The translations under genes were made by a program, and so were the position numbers. DNA of 64,000 nt from Trichoplax adhaerens. Taxonomy: Eukaryota > Animalia > Placozoa. Within the stretch, counting starts at the first letter, position 1. Every line of letters starts with the position of its first letter. The notes under the pieces are model-generated. The model had not been told where the DNA came from and ran no database searches. It saw only the letters and a program-made list of their open reading frames with translations. This document shows, in pieces, positions 44,775 to 59,073 of this stretch. The stretch covers positions 7,983,880-8,047,879 of the forward strand of contig NW_002060947.1 of NCBI RefSeq assembly GCF_000150275.1, in the 5' to 3' direction.

Positions 44775-47014
44775 AACGGCGATTGGGAATCGAACTATGC
44801 TTGTGATTTTTATAATGGACTCTAGAAATTTCCGGTCTTGATAATACAGATAGATGTAAAGTCTTACCAGAAATTTATTGGAAATACGTTATATTAGGCT
44901 CGGAGTACTAGACTAGGAATAAATATTCATTAAAAACAGCCACACAAAGAATCTATTATATATTCATATTTCCTCGTTCGTATACATACTCACATTTATA
45001 TTTCTTAACCTGTAAGATCAATCTTTGTGTTGCAATTATCTAACATTTAGCACTATGATACGGTGGAAAAGGCACTCTTTCCAAGTATAACGTTCTCTTT
45101 CGAAGCACGTAATTACTTCTACCTATTTTACCTTTGTACTAAAATACTAGAATAATATGCACTGTACATTATATAAAGTGCATTAGCTAACAGGAGAAGC
45201 GATTTCGATATGTAAGCAGTCGCTTAAAATTTCATTGTCGGATCTTAATCATAGTCATTCTGATATTGCGATCTTGTCTGATAATTTTTTAACAAATTTA
45301 AAATAAATATGGGCTTGTTTAAGAATATATCTCATAACTTTATCGTATCATAGCTCGTCATATTGTATCAATGTCCTAACTGCCACAAGCAGCTCTCTAA
45401 CTGGGAAATCTTTACTGCTTTATGCTCTAAATAGTACAACTTATTATGTTGTCTTAACTCCATATTCACTATCAATATAACCTAAGCAGCATTTGTACAA
45501 TAGTTATCTACCATGTCTATATTCTGATGAGCTGACGGGAATATTCAAATGTTGTCTATTAAGCTTTATTAGTAAGATGGTTATTTGATCATATAAGACT
45601 AATTTCAAATTAGCCTTTCCTAATCGATTCATGTTTCTAATTTTATTCTCTAAAAGATTAGTATAGGTATTTACTCGGTTTATGTTGATATATTGTGATC
45701 ATCTAATAACAGATTGAGTAATGTTATTAAATTTATGTCTCTAATTCAGACTGTCAACCAGTAAGGCATTCTGTATAATTATTAACCGGTCAATCCGAAG
45801 GAAATGATATCAACTATTTGTATTAGCATTTGTATGTTAAAATGCTTTACTGTACTACTATACAAATTGTTTTCGACATCATTAGTATGAGGTTAGATCA
45901 TATCTTGATATTAGAAGATAGAAAGGTGATATCAAAGACTGTAATTCTATGTGATGATAGCAACTCAAAGTGTAAAATTTGTTAAGGAATTAAGTTATAA
46001 AAGTATGCTTCGTACATAGATACATTATAATTATAAATATGTGCTAACTTTTGTGACCATTTACGGAATATTAATATACAATTATTGTGTTTATTAACAG
46101 ATTTCTAGAGCTCTTACTGAGATGGTTTTGTTATTGCAAATGTTAACTAATTAATTCATCAAATGATTGAGAAAAACCCTCTATATAAGGGATTATTTAT
46201 AAATAAAAGCGCTTAAAATAGCCAACCGATTGGATGAGTGATACCGCATCGAGCTAAAATAGCAAATTGTTAGTAAAGCAGATTATATTATATTCTCTAT
46301 TGGTCTTTACTTGAACGATATAATCAAGTATCTCCTGTCTAAGTTGATCCTTGTGAAGTAAAATCTGACCCGTCTAACTTAAAGGACTCTAATCCAGGTA
46401 TAATCCAAATGCGATATTTTAGGTTCATAGAAGATCGGTTTTGATGCTCAGTCAGGGCTTACGAGGGTAAAATTTAGTATGATGACTACAACATCTCTCT
46501 GCAACACTCTAGGATTTTAGTAAGATCAAGTTATACCTTTACTCCAACGTGGCTCAGTAGACGTTAATTCAGTATAGCCAAGATGACATATCCCTGGTAA
46601 ATTATCGAGATTTGCTAGAAGTGCCATTCAAATAGCTTGAATCTACTATAAACTATCTCATACCTTTCAGAGGAAATAGCGACTTACTACTCTACTATAT
46701 AGTATCGTTATTTCCCGTATAGATTTGTCTAAAGTATATAAACATAAATTGAGAGTATTAATATACTTTATTAGATGTTTATTTTTCCGATCACCACCAA
46801 AATTGGCGTTGATCTTTGCAGTAAATCGTCTCTTACCGCGAATATTACTATCGATTAGCATCATTAAGAAGGGGAAGAAGAAAGAGTGAGAAAAATTCTG
46901 GTCAAGAATTCGAGACAACTTGCTTTAGAAGTAAGATAACAGCTAACTCTCATATGATCTACCCTTGATCTGGAAGGAAAAAGACTCCATAAACTCTATT
47001 TTTGAAAGGAATAA

Positions 47015-47485
47015 ATTATTTACTACGAAAATAGGCTATTCTGTTTTTCTTTCTGATCACTTATTTTAATTTTAGGTAATACGGTGGAATAATTGTGTTA
47101 TTACCCATCCAAATTGATCGGATAATTTAAGGTAAATGGTAAATGGTGTTTTACTAAATTTATACTTTTTGTACGCTATACATACGGGTATATATTATTA
47201 GATGAAAAGACATTCCATTTCTACGAGAACATGCTATCTTGTATTTCTTTCTGATTGTTTATTTTAATTTTATGTGATACTGTGCTATACGAGTTCTCAT
47301 AGTTGTGTCATAACCCTATACCATCCTAATTGATTCGATATTTCAAGATAAAATAGTGTTTTAATGGATGGTACTTTTGTCGTCGATTATACATACACGA
47401 ATATATTACCAAATGAAAAGCCGTTCCATTTCTACAAGAACAGGCTATCCTATATTCTTTCCGACTATTTATTTCGATTTTTAAT
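47015..47485. repeat. Diverged tandem duplication, ~200-210 bp unit, about 2.3 copies
   Basis: TTCCATTTCTAC.AGAACA.GCTATC at ~47213 and ~47424, with a related partial copy at ~47018. Confidence 0.7.
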
Positions 47486-47867
47486 GAATTAGTTAGATAC
47501 TTTAAGGTAAAATACGAGTAGTTGTTGAATTGAATATTTTATTTACAGTTAGAATGTTAGATAAAATGCTGCTTCCTTTCGCAACACAATGTTGCTATCG
47601 GAAATTATTCATACAGTACTTATTGTAGAAGACATCTAGGCTAACATGTTCTATAAATGAAGTGATTGGACTTTGTTAAATTACCTACATGCTGCTTGTT
47701 TTGCTGTATTCACTGTGAGTTATCTGTTCGAGCAAGCATCTTCACGAACAGTGGCATATTAAACCATATCCTATTTCTCGTATCGCTATTGTTAGAGATC
47801 GCCCTTAGTAAACTAACTGCTTTAATATCCATGTTAGCATCAAGGATAAATACGGTACCATTGGGCT

Positions 47868-50800
47868 ATGTTCTCACGCTTACCGAAAAATATACTTTAT
47901 CCTCTCGGAGCAAATAGCGTACGAGGTAGAATAGCATTGCAATCTACAACTACTGCTACAGCCGGAACGCACCATGGAGAAGAGAAAATAGCTAGTGCTA
48001 AACCTTACAGTCAAATTCCTGGGCCTAAAGGTTATCCTATCATTGGTAACTTGTGGAGTCTATTAAAAAATAATGGCTACTATCAAAAAAGACTCCATTT
48101 ATTACATGAGCAGCACCACAAAAAGTATGGGCCTATTTTCAAAGACAAGTATGGTAATATTGGAGATTGTCTGTGTATCGACAGCAGAAGATATTGCTGC
48201 CATTTTTAAAGCAGAAGGAAAGTATCCAAGTAGAGGACCAACAAACCCATGGATTGTTTATCGTGACCAACGAAAAAAATCTAAAGGTGTCTTAATCGGG
48301 TAATAGCTCGCTTGAGATATTAACGGTTTTGATCCTATATTTAATCAATGTCAGCCTATCGACCTGTAAGAAAACATTATTTCTTGTTGAGAATATTTAT
48401 CTATCTGTCTATAATTTTCTGTTTAATCTATTTAGTGTAAAGGCAACAGTAAATCCCAATTCGGTTGTAGTTAATTTCAATCGATTCATCTCATGAATCG
48501 GATTACAAAACGAGTTCAAATTTCCAGAATAAATCTCGCAGAATTACTCTACAATCATATATCCTATTAAATTGCTTTTACATAGTTTAACGTTAACTAA
48601 AATTTAAATATTAGTAAAAAACTAATAGATTACCGAATCTTGGAACATTATATAGTGATTGTAAAATTTCCTGTATAAATACAGACCGGTACCATTGGCT
48701 AGTTCATGGCCATATTAAATAAACCAATCTGATATTTTTTATTCTTAAATTTAAAACCTAACAGAGAAGGGGAAGAATGGCGGAAATCAAGAAGTGTCAT
48801 AGATAAGAAACTGCTTAAAATGAAAGATGTTAGCGAATATAGTGAAAGGATGAATCTAGTTATCTCCGATTTAATAACATACATAAAGCGGAAGCAGACA
48901 GTAGATAATTTGGATGGAGAATTAGGCAATCTCCGGGACGCATTATACAAGTGGTCCTTTGAAAGTAAGAAAACTAAACAGTTAACCAGTGTATAGCTTA
49001 GCAAGCTAGTAATTATAACTTACTGCAGAAGCATTCAAAGCTATTATCTACTGTCATGAAAGAGTGAGTATCTAGCAAATAACTCTATAATATGGACGAA
49101 AATCTTGTCACGTTAGTTCTAATTCTTTCAGTACTTTCATTAAACTGACAAAAATATCCAAAGCAATTATAACTGCATAGAACAGAACAGCTACAATTAG
49201 TGTACGCGTATTAGGCCTCTGTCGTTGGCTGCTACTGTATTATAAGAAATAATTATTCTATTCAGATGAATCCTGCCTTAACTTTAAGTCGTTATTTCTA
49301 TATTGATTCGACAGAATCCATAATCAATTGATTTATAGTTATCATTAATGCGGTACATCATCCAAAGTAGCTAAAATATCACTTAAGGCTAATCACTGCC
49401 ATAAGTACTTTTTTAAAAGGACTGATTTATTATTTTTATTCTACCCCTAGCCATTAATAGCGTTTTATTTAGTAAACGACTGGGGGCATTCAATGATCCT
49501 CCTACACCAATAGCAGAAGAATTTTATAGGAACGTCTGTGACATGCTAGAGACTACTGGTCATTTGCTGCTAGTACCGCCTTATTATAAATATATAAAGA
49601 CCAAGAAATGGAACCAATACTGTGGCTACTGGGATACATTATTTGACATTGGTGGTAAACTAATTGATGAAGAACGTAGACGATTATTATCTACTGGTAT
49701 GGATCTTTCCAATAAGTCTGAAGACAACCGGCGTACAGATGGCATCGAATTTTTACCTTATGTTTTATCCCGAGGAGAATTAAGTGACGAAGAAATTGCG
49801 GGTAATATTATTGAATTGATGACTGGAGGTGTGGATACAGTAAGTAATCTCCAATTTCTATTCTTAATTTTTATCTAGAAAATAAAATTTTTAATAGATA
49901 AGATGAAATAGTAACATGTATGAAAAAATGAAGACATAAGTTCAATCTGCAAGATTTTGCTAACATTGACTACTCTATTTATACGAGTAGTAAGTCTTAT
50001 GCTGCAAAGTATACTAGCAAAACTGGTTGTACAGTTGTTTATATACCGTTGCAAGTCTATATTTTCATTTCCAACTTGTAGCCGGTGAATGTTACTTTAA
50101 GCATTTGTTTTATTAATCTGCATCGACTATATTTTATGTTTAATGCTAGTACTGATGGCTTTAATTAGGCTTATTTCATATTATTAACAAGAATTATTGG
50201 AAATTATGTCTTTCGTTTTAGTCAGCTAACACGATGTTGTGGACACTGTATATCTTGGGTAAGAATCCTGATATTCAAGATAAGTTATATCGAGAAGTCA
50301 GTAGCGTACTGAAAGATGGAGAATTACCCGATAGCCAAGCCATACAGAAAATGCCTTACTTAAGAGGAGTTATTAAAGAAAGCCAAAGGTATCGTATGAA
50401 TCTGTAAATTTATATCGTTTGATTAATGAATAACTATTATTCAATATGGCTCGTTAGATTACACCCTGTATTGATTGCAACATCTCGTACTCTAGAGCAA
50501 GATGTTGTATTAAGTGGATATCATGTTCCTGCTAAGGTATAATAGTAAATTTGTATTATTAAAATTTCACTAGAACTTGGTTTCTTAAATATAGACTTGA
50601 AATTAATATCTATTTCAATTCTTGCATGCATTGTGTTATAGAAAAATGTTTTAGCATTGATGTATCTCTTGTCAAGAGATGAATCTGTCTTTGATGAAGC
50701 AACAAAGATTAAACCAGAACGATGGATCCGGACATCGTCATCATCCCAACGTCAACATAGTCCATTTAGCTTTGTTCCATTTGGCTTTGGACCAAGAATG

Positions 50801-51065
50801 TGCATTGGAAGACGCATAGCAGAATTAGAAATGGAATTATTAATTACTAGAGTAGGTTGATCTTTCATTCCTAATTAGTTAAGTTAAGGTAATTATTGTT
50901 ATTTCTTAATCTATTTTACATCTGATATTATTATTGACATGTACATATTAGTTGGTTTCGGAATTTCAAATTGACTGTCGCAACGATAAAGAAGTCGGAG
51001 TAACTTTTAGAATAGTAACATCTCCCGATCAGGATATTCGAATAGCGTTTCAGAAGCGAAATTAA
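47868..51065 (+). pseudogene. Cytochrome P450, mitochondrial clan, tandem copy B, with a +1 frameshift in exon 1 (young pseudogene or sequence error)
   Basis: Exon 1 is split over two frames (ORFs 47868 and 48073). GGTAATATTGGAG here versus GGTAATATGGAG in copy A indicates an extra T at ~48160. Downstream exons appear intact (GGVDT|[22 protein letters not shown] at 51063-51065). Confidence 0.75.
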
Positions 51066-51243
51066 AGTGATGGATGCTAACTAAGCTTGGTATTAGAATT
51101 CTATAGATAGCTTATGAAATTTGTAGACTAGACGATAGACATAAAACATTACCAGCTATTTACTAGAAATATACCTTTGTGTTGATAAGAATAAATAGAA
51201 CGTAGCAGTAAATTTCCTCTTTATTTATTGCTTTGTGTATAAT

Positions 51244-51277
51244 TACCCCGTTCATTTGAACAGGGTACTTTACTAGT
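51244..51277 (+). mobile_element. Helitron-like 3' terminus (hairpin followed by CTAG|T)
   Basis: TACCCCGTTCA-TT-TGAACAGGGTA forms a stem with one mismatch. It is followed by CTTTA and then CTAG (51273-51276), with T as the next base. Confidence 0.55.
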
Positions 51278-53296
51278 TGTAGTTACATTAATAATATTGA
51301 TAGGATATATTGTAAGTATTGAGGTACTACTGACTATCGGGTTCAATTAGATTAAAATGCAATAGAAGTATAGGTTAAAAGGCCTGTCAAAGATTGGACT
51401 GATGCTAATAGAACATCACAGATAGTTGGAGCATAGATACAAAATATACTAAATAACTAAGCTGGAAGGAAACAATAGAAAATAATACATAGCCTTTGAT
51501 AGATGAACATTAACATTTTATTCATGCCGTAAACGTAATTCATATTCTTCTATGTGATATAACATATATGAATCAGCTAGTCCTATAAAACGATGTGATA
51601 CTAATTCTAAACATTCTAAATGCGAAATTCTCATTCGAAACCGTAATCACTTCTACGCATTTTATATTAGTCATAAAAAATTGGAATAAAATGTGCTGTC
51701 CAGTAAGTAAAAACTCTAGCGAATAAAATACGTCTCCAATATATTCTTCGTATCAAGATTATGTTATTTTAGCTCGCAATTTATGCCTATTTATGATTTT
51801 AGATCGATTGATCAGATTTCAATTCTGCTGTACTAGAGCGCTATTTATCGTACTTACTCTATTTAATTCTAACTCTGTGACTAAAATATGTTACCTACTA
51901 TACCTATTTTGCACAGCAATACAGATAAAGCATTGCGAATAGTATTTATTGAATCCAATAGCTTAATTCTATTTAACAGCATTTTATGCTTATGTGCTAT
52001 TTTAGAAATTATAATATTTACGACACTTGCAGAATATAAAAAGAGAATATTCAAGGAAAAATTGACCTTACCGGGTAGAATGTCAAAATTTCTTCTTGAG
52101 CAATCTCTAATGAAACTGTTGAGTACTTTATAATATATAGTAAGATGGGAAGGTATTGATTATATAATCAAAGACTTCTATTTGGATATATAAATATTCA
52201 TTTACTATAATACTATACACTGCAGGCAACACCAATTCTGTTCTCTGTCATGACCTTATTGAGTAGAGTTTACTATGACCACTTGGACATGCCCTTACTT
52301 CAGGTTGAAAATGGATGGGACCAGTTGCATACTCAATCATGGCATGGCAAACTACCGGTATAACTTAGTACCGTTATTTCATTATATTTCCATAAAGTAG
52401 CAGTTCTATAGATTTTAAACACTCAGCCACACCTTGCTGTATAATACATTAGGAAAAAACAATAATATTCCGACTGAATTTATAGACTATCCTTGCACGA
52501 TTATTGTTTACTTTTCCGATCAAAATAAATTTACCCTGACCCCTACAGGAAATCCGCTCTTCTTCTGATGGTAATATCAATTAGGACAATCAAGAAGCAG
52601 AATATAAGGTAGTCAAGATTCGAGCGAGGCTCTGATGCTTTTCTTTTCGTGAGAAAGATAGTTTCTACCTTAGATTGCACTTTTGAGAATTAGGAAATAA
52701 TATTGTCTATAAGTTATCATAATCGTAAGTATATAAAAAATAAGCTATTGACCTGGGAAAGCGTTTCTTCCAATTTTTTCATTTTCTTTCCTTTTGGAAA
52801 TGCTGTTTTATCGCGCTTCTTAAATCATTCGAATAGTTAATTTAGAATACAGATAGTGTACGTTGTTTACGATAGTTAATAGTCTATTGGTCCTGTCCAG
52901 TAACACGTTTGTGATCCTATTTTAAATTACATTTATCTATTTTGGCGTTCAGTTTTATTTAGCCAATCTAACGTTTGCAAATAAATTTCATTTTAAATCG
53001 CTTCGATTTCAATATCATGACAAAAATGAACATATTTCACTCTTATTGTATGCGGTAAAAGACACGACTAGCTTTGGGCACCGTAGGAAATAAATGAAGT
53101 AGAACGCATTTAAGATTGCTACTGCTATCTTGAATTCGATTATTTTGAAATAAGCTATGGATAACTGTCAAACAACTAGATTATCGAATGATCGACGTAA
53201 TAATATTTCTCTTATTACCATTTACAGCTAACAATCCTAGTACATTGACTGTCAAATCACTTACAATTAACGATCAATACGATTCAGTAAATCAAA

Positions 53297-56200
53297 ATGT
53301 TGTCTCGCCTGCCCAAAAATACAATTTATTCTATTGGAGCAAATCGCTTACGAGGTAGGATAGCATTGCAATCCACAAGTGCTGCTACAACTGAAATGCA
53401 CGATGATAAAGAGAAAATAGCGAATGCTAAACCGTACAGTCAAGTACCTGGACCTAAAGGTTATCCTATCATTGGCACTCTATTGACTTTCTTAAAAAAT
53501 AATGGCTACTATCGAAAACGACCCCATTTATTATTTCATGAGTATAAGAAAAAATATGGACCCATTTATAAAGACAAATTCGCCAATCAAGAACTAATAT
53601 TTATATCAACACCAGCAGATGTTGCTGCTGTTTTTAAAGCAGAAGGAAAATATCCAGATAGAGGACCAAACATGCCATGGATCACTTATCGTGAACAACG
53701 AAAAAAATCTAAAGGTGTCTTAATCGGGTAATCTATCTTCTAAGATACTAAGACTTAACATTGATACTGATAGTTTGATATCTATTTACCTACGGGCTAG
53801 ATATCAATTTTCCTAGGAGTCTTTATTTCTTTACTTTTGCCTATTTATTCTTGTTTCAACATCAACATTTTACAATGATGTTAGCTCGATATGCACCAAA
53901 TAATTCGATGATGGTTAAAATCAACGAATTAATTACATGATTAAATGAATAGAAATATCTAGAAAAGTTTAGCAAAGCTAACTACCTGTATATATCGTTT
54001 TCGAATTGTTTTCCTACATTTGGGAGTTAGCAGAGTGTGATTACAGATCCATACAACGATGCCAAATGTGTTAGTTAAAAGCAATACTAAGAAGTGACTT
54101 TACATTTCCTAGTCTACATTAGATGTAAATCGAATATAGTCCATCTTTAATCTCGTGAAATGACGCCATTACAGCATAAGAAATTTTAAATCATTACTAC
54201 TTAAGCAGTGATACAGTCATGGTAGAATCTAGATTATTTACTGATAATCCCTTTTATTACTGCATTTACTTAACTACAATCACTTTATTTTCTTTTTTTT
54301 ATATCTATACAGCGAAGGAGAAGAATGGCGAAAGTCAAGAAGTGTCATGGATAAGAAACTGCTAAAAATGAAGGATGTTGGTGAATATTGCGAAAGAATG
54401 AATCAAGTCATTTCCGATCTAATTTCGTTCATAAAGCAAAAACAAATAACGGATAATCTAAACGGAGAATTAGGCAATCTACAGGATGCATTATACAAAT
54501 GGTCCTTTGAAAGTAAGAATAATTTATAGTTAGCAAATATATGATCGTGGTAGACTACCGTAATGAATATAGCTTTCCGCAGACGGTAGAAACTGAGCTT
54601 CAAACTGAACCGATAGACAGATTCAATATTATTTATAGTATTCATTCCACATTCCCAAGGACTTAATAGGACTAATCCTGGTACCTTATCAATAGTGGAA
54701 GTATTGATCACTATTAAAATTATGCAGGACTGAATCCCATAATTCATTTCCCAATTTTCAATTTTAGCTACGATCTTATAAAATTTTTAATGTGCTAACT
54801 ATAAAGATAGAGCTTGTTGTCGTTTGTGCTCAATGCTATACATGCATGATTGAGAATATTTATAGATAATCAATCTATAAGCATGAATATAATGTATCCT
54901 CTCCTTAGCAAATATGTCGTCCAATGAAAATTATAATCACTAAAATATTATTTTATTTTAATACTAGCCATCAACAGTGTTTTATTTAGTAAACGACTTG
55001 GATCATTTAATGATCCGCCTACTCCAATTGCTGAACAATTTTATAACAATGTTTGTGACATGATGGATGCAACTGGTCAGCTTGTGTTTTTACCACCATA
55101 TTATAAGTATATTAAGACTAAGCGATGGAAAAAATACTGTAGTTACTGGGATACATTATTTGAGATTGGTGGTAAATTAATTCAAGAAGAGCGCAATCGA
55201 TTACTATCAAATGGATTGGATCTTTCCCAAATGTCAGAAACTGGTCGTCGAACTGAAGAAATGGAGTTTTTACCCTATGTTTTATCGCGTGGGGAATTAA
55301 ATGATGAAGAGATCGCTGGCAATATTATAGAGTTGATGATGGCAGGTGTTGATACAGTAAGTTGCCATAGGTTTTAGTTTCTGCTTTGCAATGGGTTATC
55401 TGCTAAGTAGAACTTACGATGTATAAATAGAAGAGTGAATTCGAAATAGATTACATTGCAATGCATGTCGTTTCTCGGTCTAAAGAGAATATTCATATAG
55501 AATAATAAAATTGGATTATATTGTTCACAATTATTTCAATCAGTTTATAATTCGACTACTGTACTTTATGAATTGCTGTTAAGTTATACGAGTTTTCATT
55601 TTCAGTCGGCCAATACGATATTATGGACGTTATATATCTTGGGAAAGAATCCTGATATTCAAGAAAAGTTATACCAGGAAGTCAGTGGTATATTAAAAGA
55701 CGGACAATTTCCTGATAGCCAAACCGTACAGAAAATGCCTTACCTGCGAGGAGTCATTAAAGAAAGTCAAAGGTATTGGAGGATATTTTAGACTAGAAGC
55801 TTATGTATGATTAATTAATAAGTGTTATATCTTGTGGTCAATAGACTATATCCAGTATTAGTGGCAACGGCGCGTATTCTGGACAAAGATATTGTGCTAA
55901 GTGGATATCATGTTCCTGCTAAGGTATAATTTAAGGCAAATTATATAGTGATATGCATCGACTATATTCTAACTATATCATTTCGTTAAAGTCTCATATT
56001 TTGTTAAAATATGAATTTGGAATTACTTTATACTATTACTTTATACTAACATGAACACATAAATTTCCTTTACAGACTAGAATATCAGCAGTGATGTATC
56101 TGATGGCAATGGATGAATCAATTTTTGATGAACCAACAAAGATCATACCTGAACGATGGATACGATCATCGCCATCATCACAGCATCAGCGTAATCCATT

Positions 56201-56501
56201 TAGTTTTATCCCATTTGGTTTTGGACCAAGAATGTGTATTGGAAGACGCATAGCAGAATTAGAAATGGAATTATTAATTGCCAGAGTAAGATTTCTTTTT
56301 TAATTAAATTGATGATAGCTAATTAATAATTAGTGTAGGAATTGAAGATATTGTATCTGATGTTTATTATTTCTGTTTGAATATTAGTTGATTTTGCAAT
56401 TTCGAATTGACTGTCGCAATGAAACAGATGTTGGAATGACATTTAGATTTGTCGTATCGCCTGATCAAGATATTCGAATTGCGTTTCAACAAAGAGTTTA
56501 A
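53297..56501 (+). CDS. Cytochrome P450, mitochondrial clan, tandem copy C, 7 exons
   Basis: MLSRLPKN N-terminus, KPYSQVPGPKGYPIIG, WRKSR, AGVDT|S, ESQR|LYP, PERW and [10 protein letters not shown]. Stop TAA at 56499-56501. Confidence 0.93.
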
Positions 56502-59073
56502 AATTGATGATTGAGAGCAAGGCGAAGCGAAGCTTCTGCTAAAAATTGCTAAGTTATTTATTGGAAACAGACTTAACAATTTGTATCGGAAATGAAATTC
56601 ACGGATGAGTCTCTTAAGTATTAATAAAAAAATTTGAGGCTAATTTACTTAAATTTCACAGATTTGTAGTAGGAAATAGAAGCATAGTATGACTATAATG
56701 TGAAAAAGTTGATTGTTAAGTAGATCTAGAAAGCAACAAAAATATTTTATATCATCTTAATATACTATAGATGCTGTTAACATGGGATATATGTGTATAT
56801 GCTGTGGTATTGGAGTAATTTTATATTATTCACTTTGTAGTCTAATTCTGGATACTTTACTTATGAAAAATTAGTATCGACTGCATGATATGTTGCGTTG
56901 ATATATTAGTTCTATTACACTAAATGCATGATGCAATTGAGTTCAATAATAATTAAATGGTATAGTCGATCCATCAAAGAATTTTGCAATATTGTCCCAT
57001 TTAAAAGTTGAGAATTTGGTAATACTATTCAATCCTACTATAAAAGACCGAAACAGCCTTACAGTGAGCTCTGAACTTTATTCTCACTTGGAATGTAGAT
57101 AAAGTAACAGTGTATTATTTATAAGCGGTGCAATCTATACGATAACATATCAGAATGATATCGAAGCATAAATTTTCTGTGTTGAAATATTAGTTGTTAA
57201 CAAAAGTCTTCATAAGAAGTTTGTTGTATATACGTAACACACGGTAACACACACCATAACTATTTACAGTAGGGTTAAGCTAGATAGTAGTAGGATACTA
57301 TAAGACAGAAAGATCGTTACCAAAGACTTGGAAATAAGTCAAAGTGGACATTAAGTTCTATCTGCTGGCATGGTACCATCGACTTCATGTTCATTTACGG
57401 CCTAATGTGCATAACTTAGTACAGTATACCCTTCTATAATTCTTATATGATACCAAGGACTGCAGTCTGAAAGATTCATAGGTCATCTACTTTCCAGTAC
57501 ATTCAAAAAGAAACACTAATTATACTACAAAATAGATTAGCCACTATCCTACATAATAAACTATGCGAATCTGATTGATCATTCGTTTACTGTTACTTTG
57601 TGAAAAAGGACCTAAAAAATATTAAAGCCACTATAACTTTGAATAGTTCTACCAAGTACAATACCTTGATTAGGACAAGAAGGAATAAAACAGTGATATA
57701 ATAAGGGTATAGTTAGGTAAAAGCTTTGAGATCATTCCATTCACAAGCAAAAGACACAATACACAGGTAGGATCCTACTAGCACTGATGTAGCATTGATT
57801 TAGCATTGATTGGGCTCCCGCAAATACTCCCCTTTACTATATAATGTCGATTATATCATTTATCGTAGCCGTTTCCAACATTTTTATACTTCCTACCATG
57901 ATATCATACCGTATTTATGCGATTGTACGTATGCCACGCTGCAAAATAAACGGAAGAATGAGGCATTATCGACGACTGAATTAAGAATTCAGACTAATTA
58001 AGAAAATATTTGCACTTCGACGTAAAAACTTGCACAGATGCACTCACTTAATTTTTCGACTAGTACAGTATATTAGATTTCTTTATGTACATTATAATAT
58101 TACAAATAACCCAAAGGAATGTGCAATAATATATTGCATATTTGCTTCAATAAAATTGCAATAATATCATATTTACTTTGCACTTATTATGCCAATTCCT
58201 TTATATGACGTATATTTTGTTTAATTTACTATCCTGTTATTATACGATATGATTACTAAGCATTTATTAATATTCATTTCACTTCCTGCTGCTTACACAG
58301 TTAACGAACCAGTATACACGTATTGCAAGATCAAAGAATTTATGCCGCATATGATATTCAATCTTTCCTAAATGTGATATGCTTATCCAGTTTTTATGAA
58401 AACTGATTGCTGGTAATTTGTGCGGGTTTGCTGGTACTAATATAATTAAAAGGAGCTGATTCCTAATTCCTAGGATTTCCAAAGGCTTTTCTAATAGCGA
58501 TTTAATAATTAATCTACCTATAGATTTTGTATCTGGTAGTTTTTGAAATACACATTTATCAATAAATAACTAATCAGTCTATACCCAAAGTACAGTAGAT
58601 GCCGATTAGAATCTGGGTAGATAATGAGAATAGATTAGTACAATTTAATTTAGTCGTCTCTTTTGTGATTCCTCTATCCAATAGTAGCAATAAATCATGT
58701 AAGTTTACAGTGCAATAGATCACCTAATTACAAAGTGTTCAATTGTATTCATTGATAATTGTGTAACAAAAAACCTTCTTTACTTTTACATCAACAGTGT
58801 TTAATGTAGTATACGTTCCCACTCATTTGAACGGGTACTTGATTACTTATGAAGGAACTCTGGAATGGATAATACCCCATAACGTATAGATGGCGTGTAT
58901 TAGCACATAAGAGATTTTCTCTTACCTTGATAGGTTTAAAATCTAAGGCTATCCTTTAGTACAAGTTCTATACAGTTATTCTAGGGATACTGAGATTGGT
59001 TTTTTTCCGGGTTATTCGCTCAACTTCCTTCTGATTTCACCACTATACAACACACACAACATCAAGCACCAGT

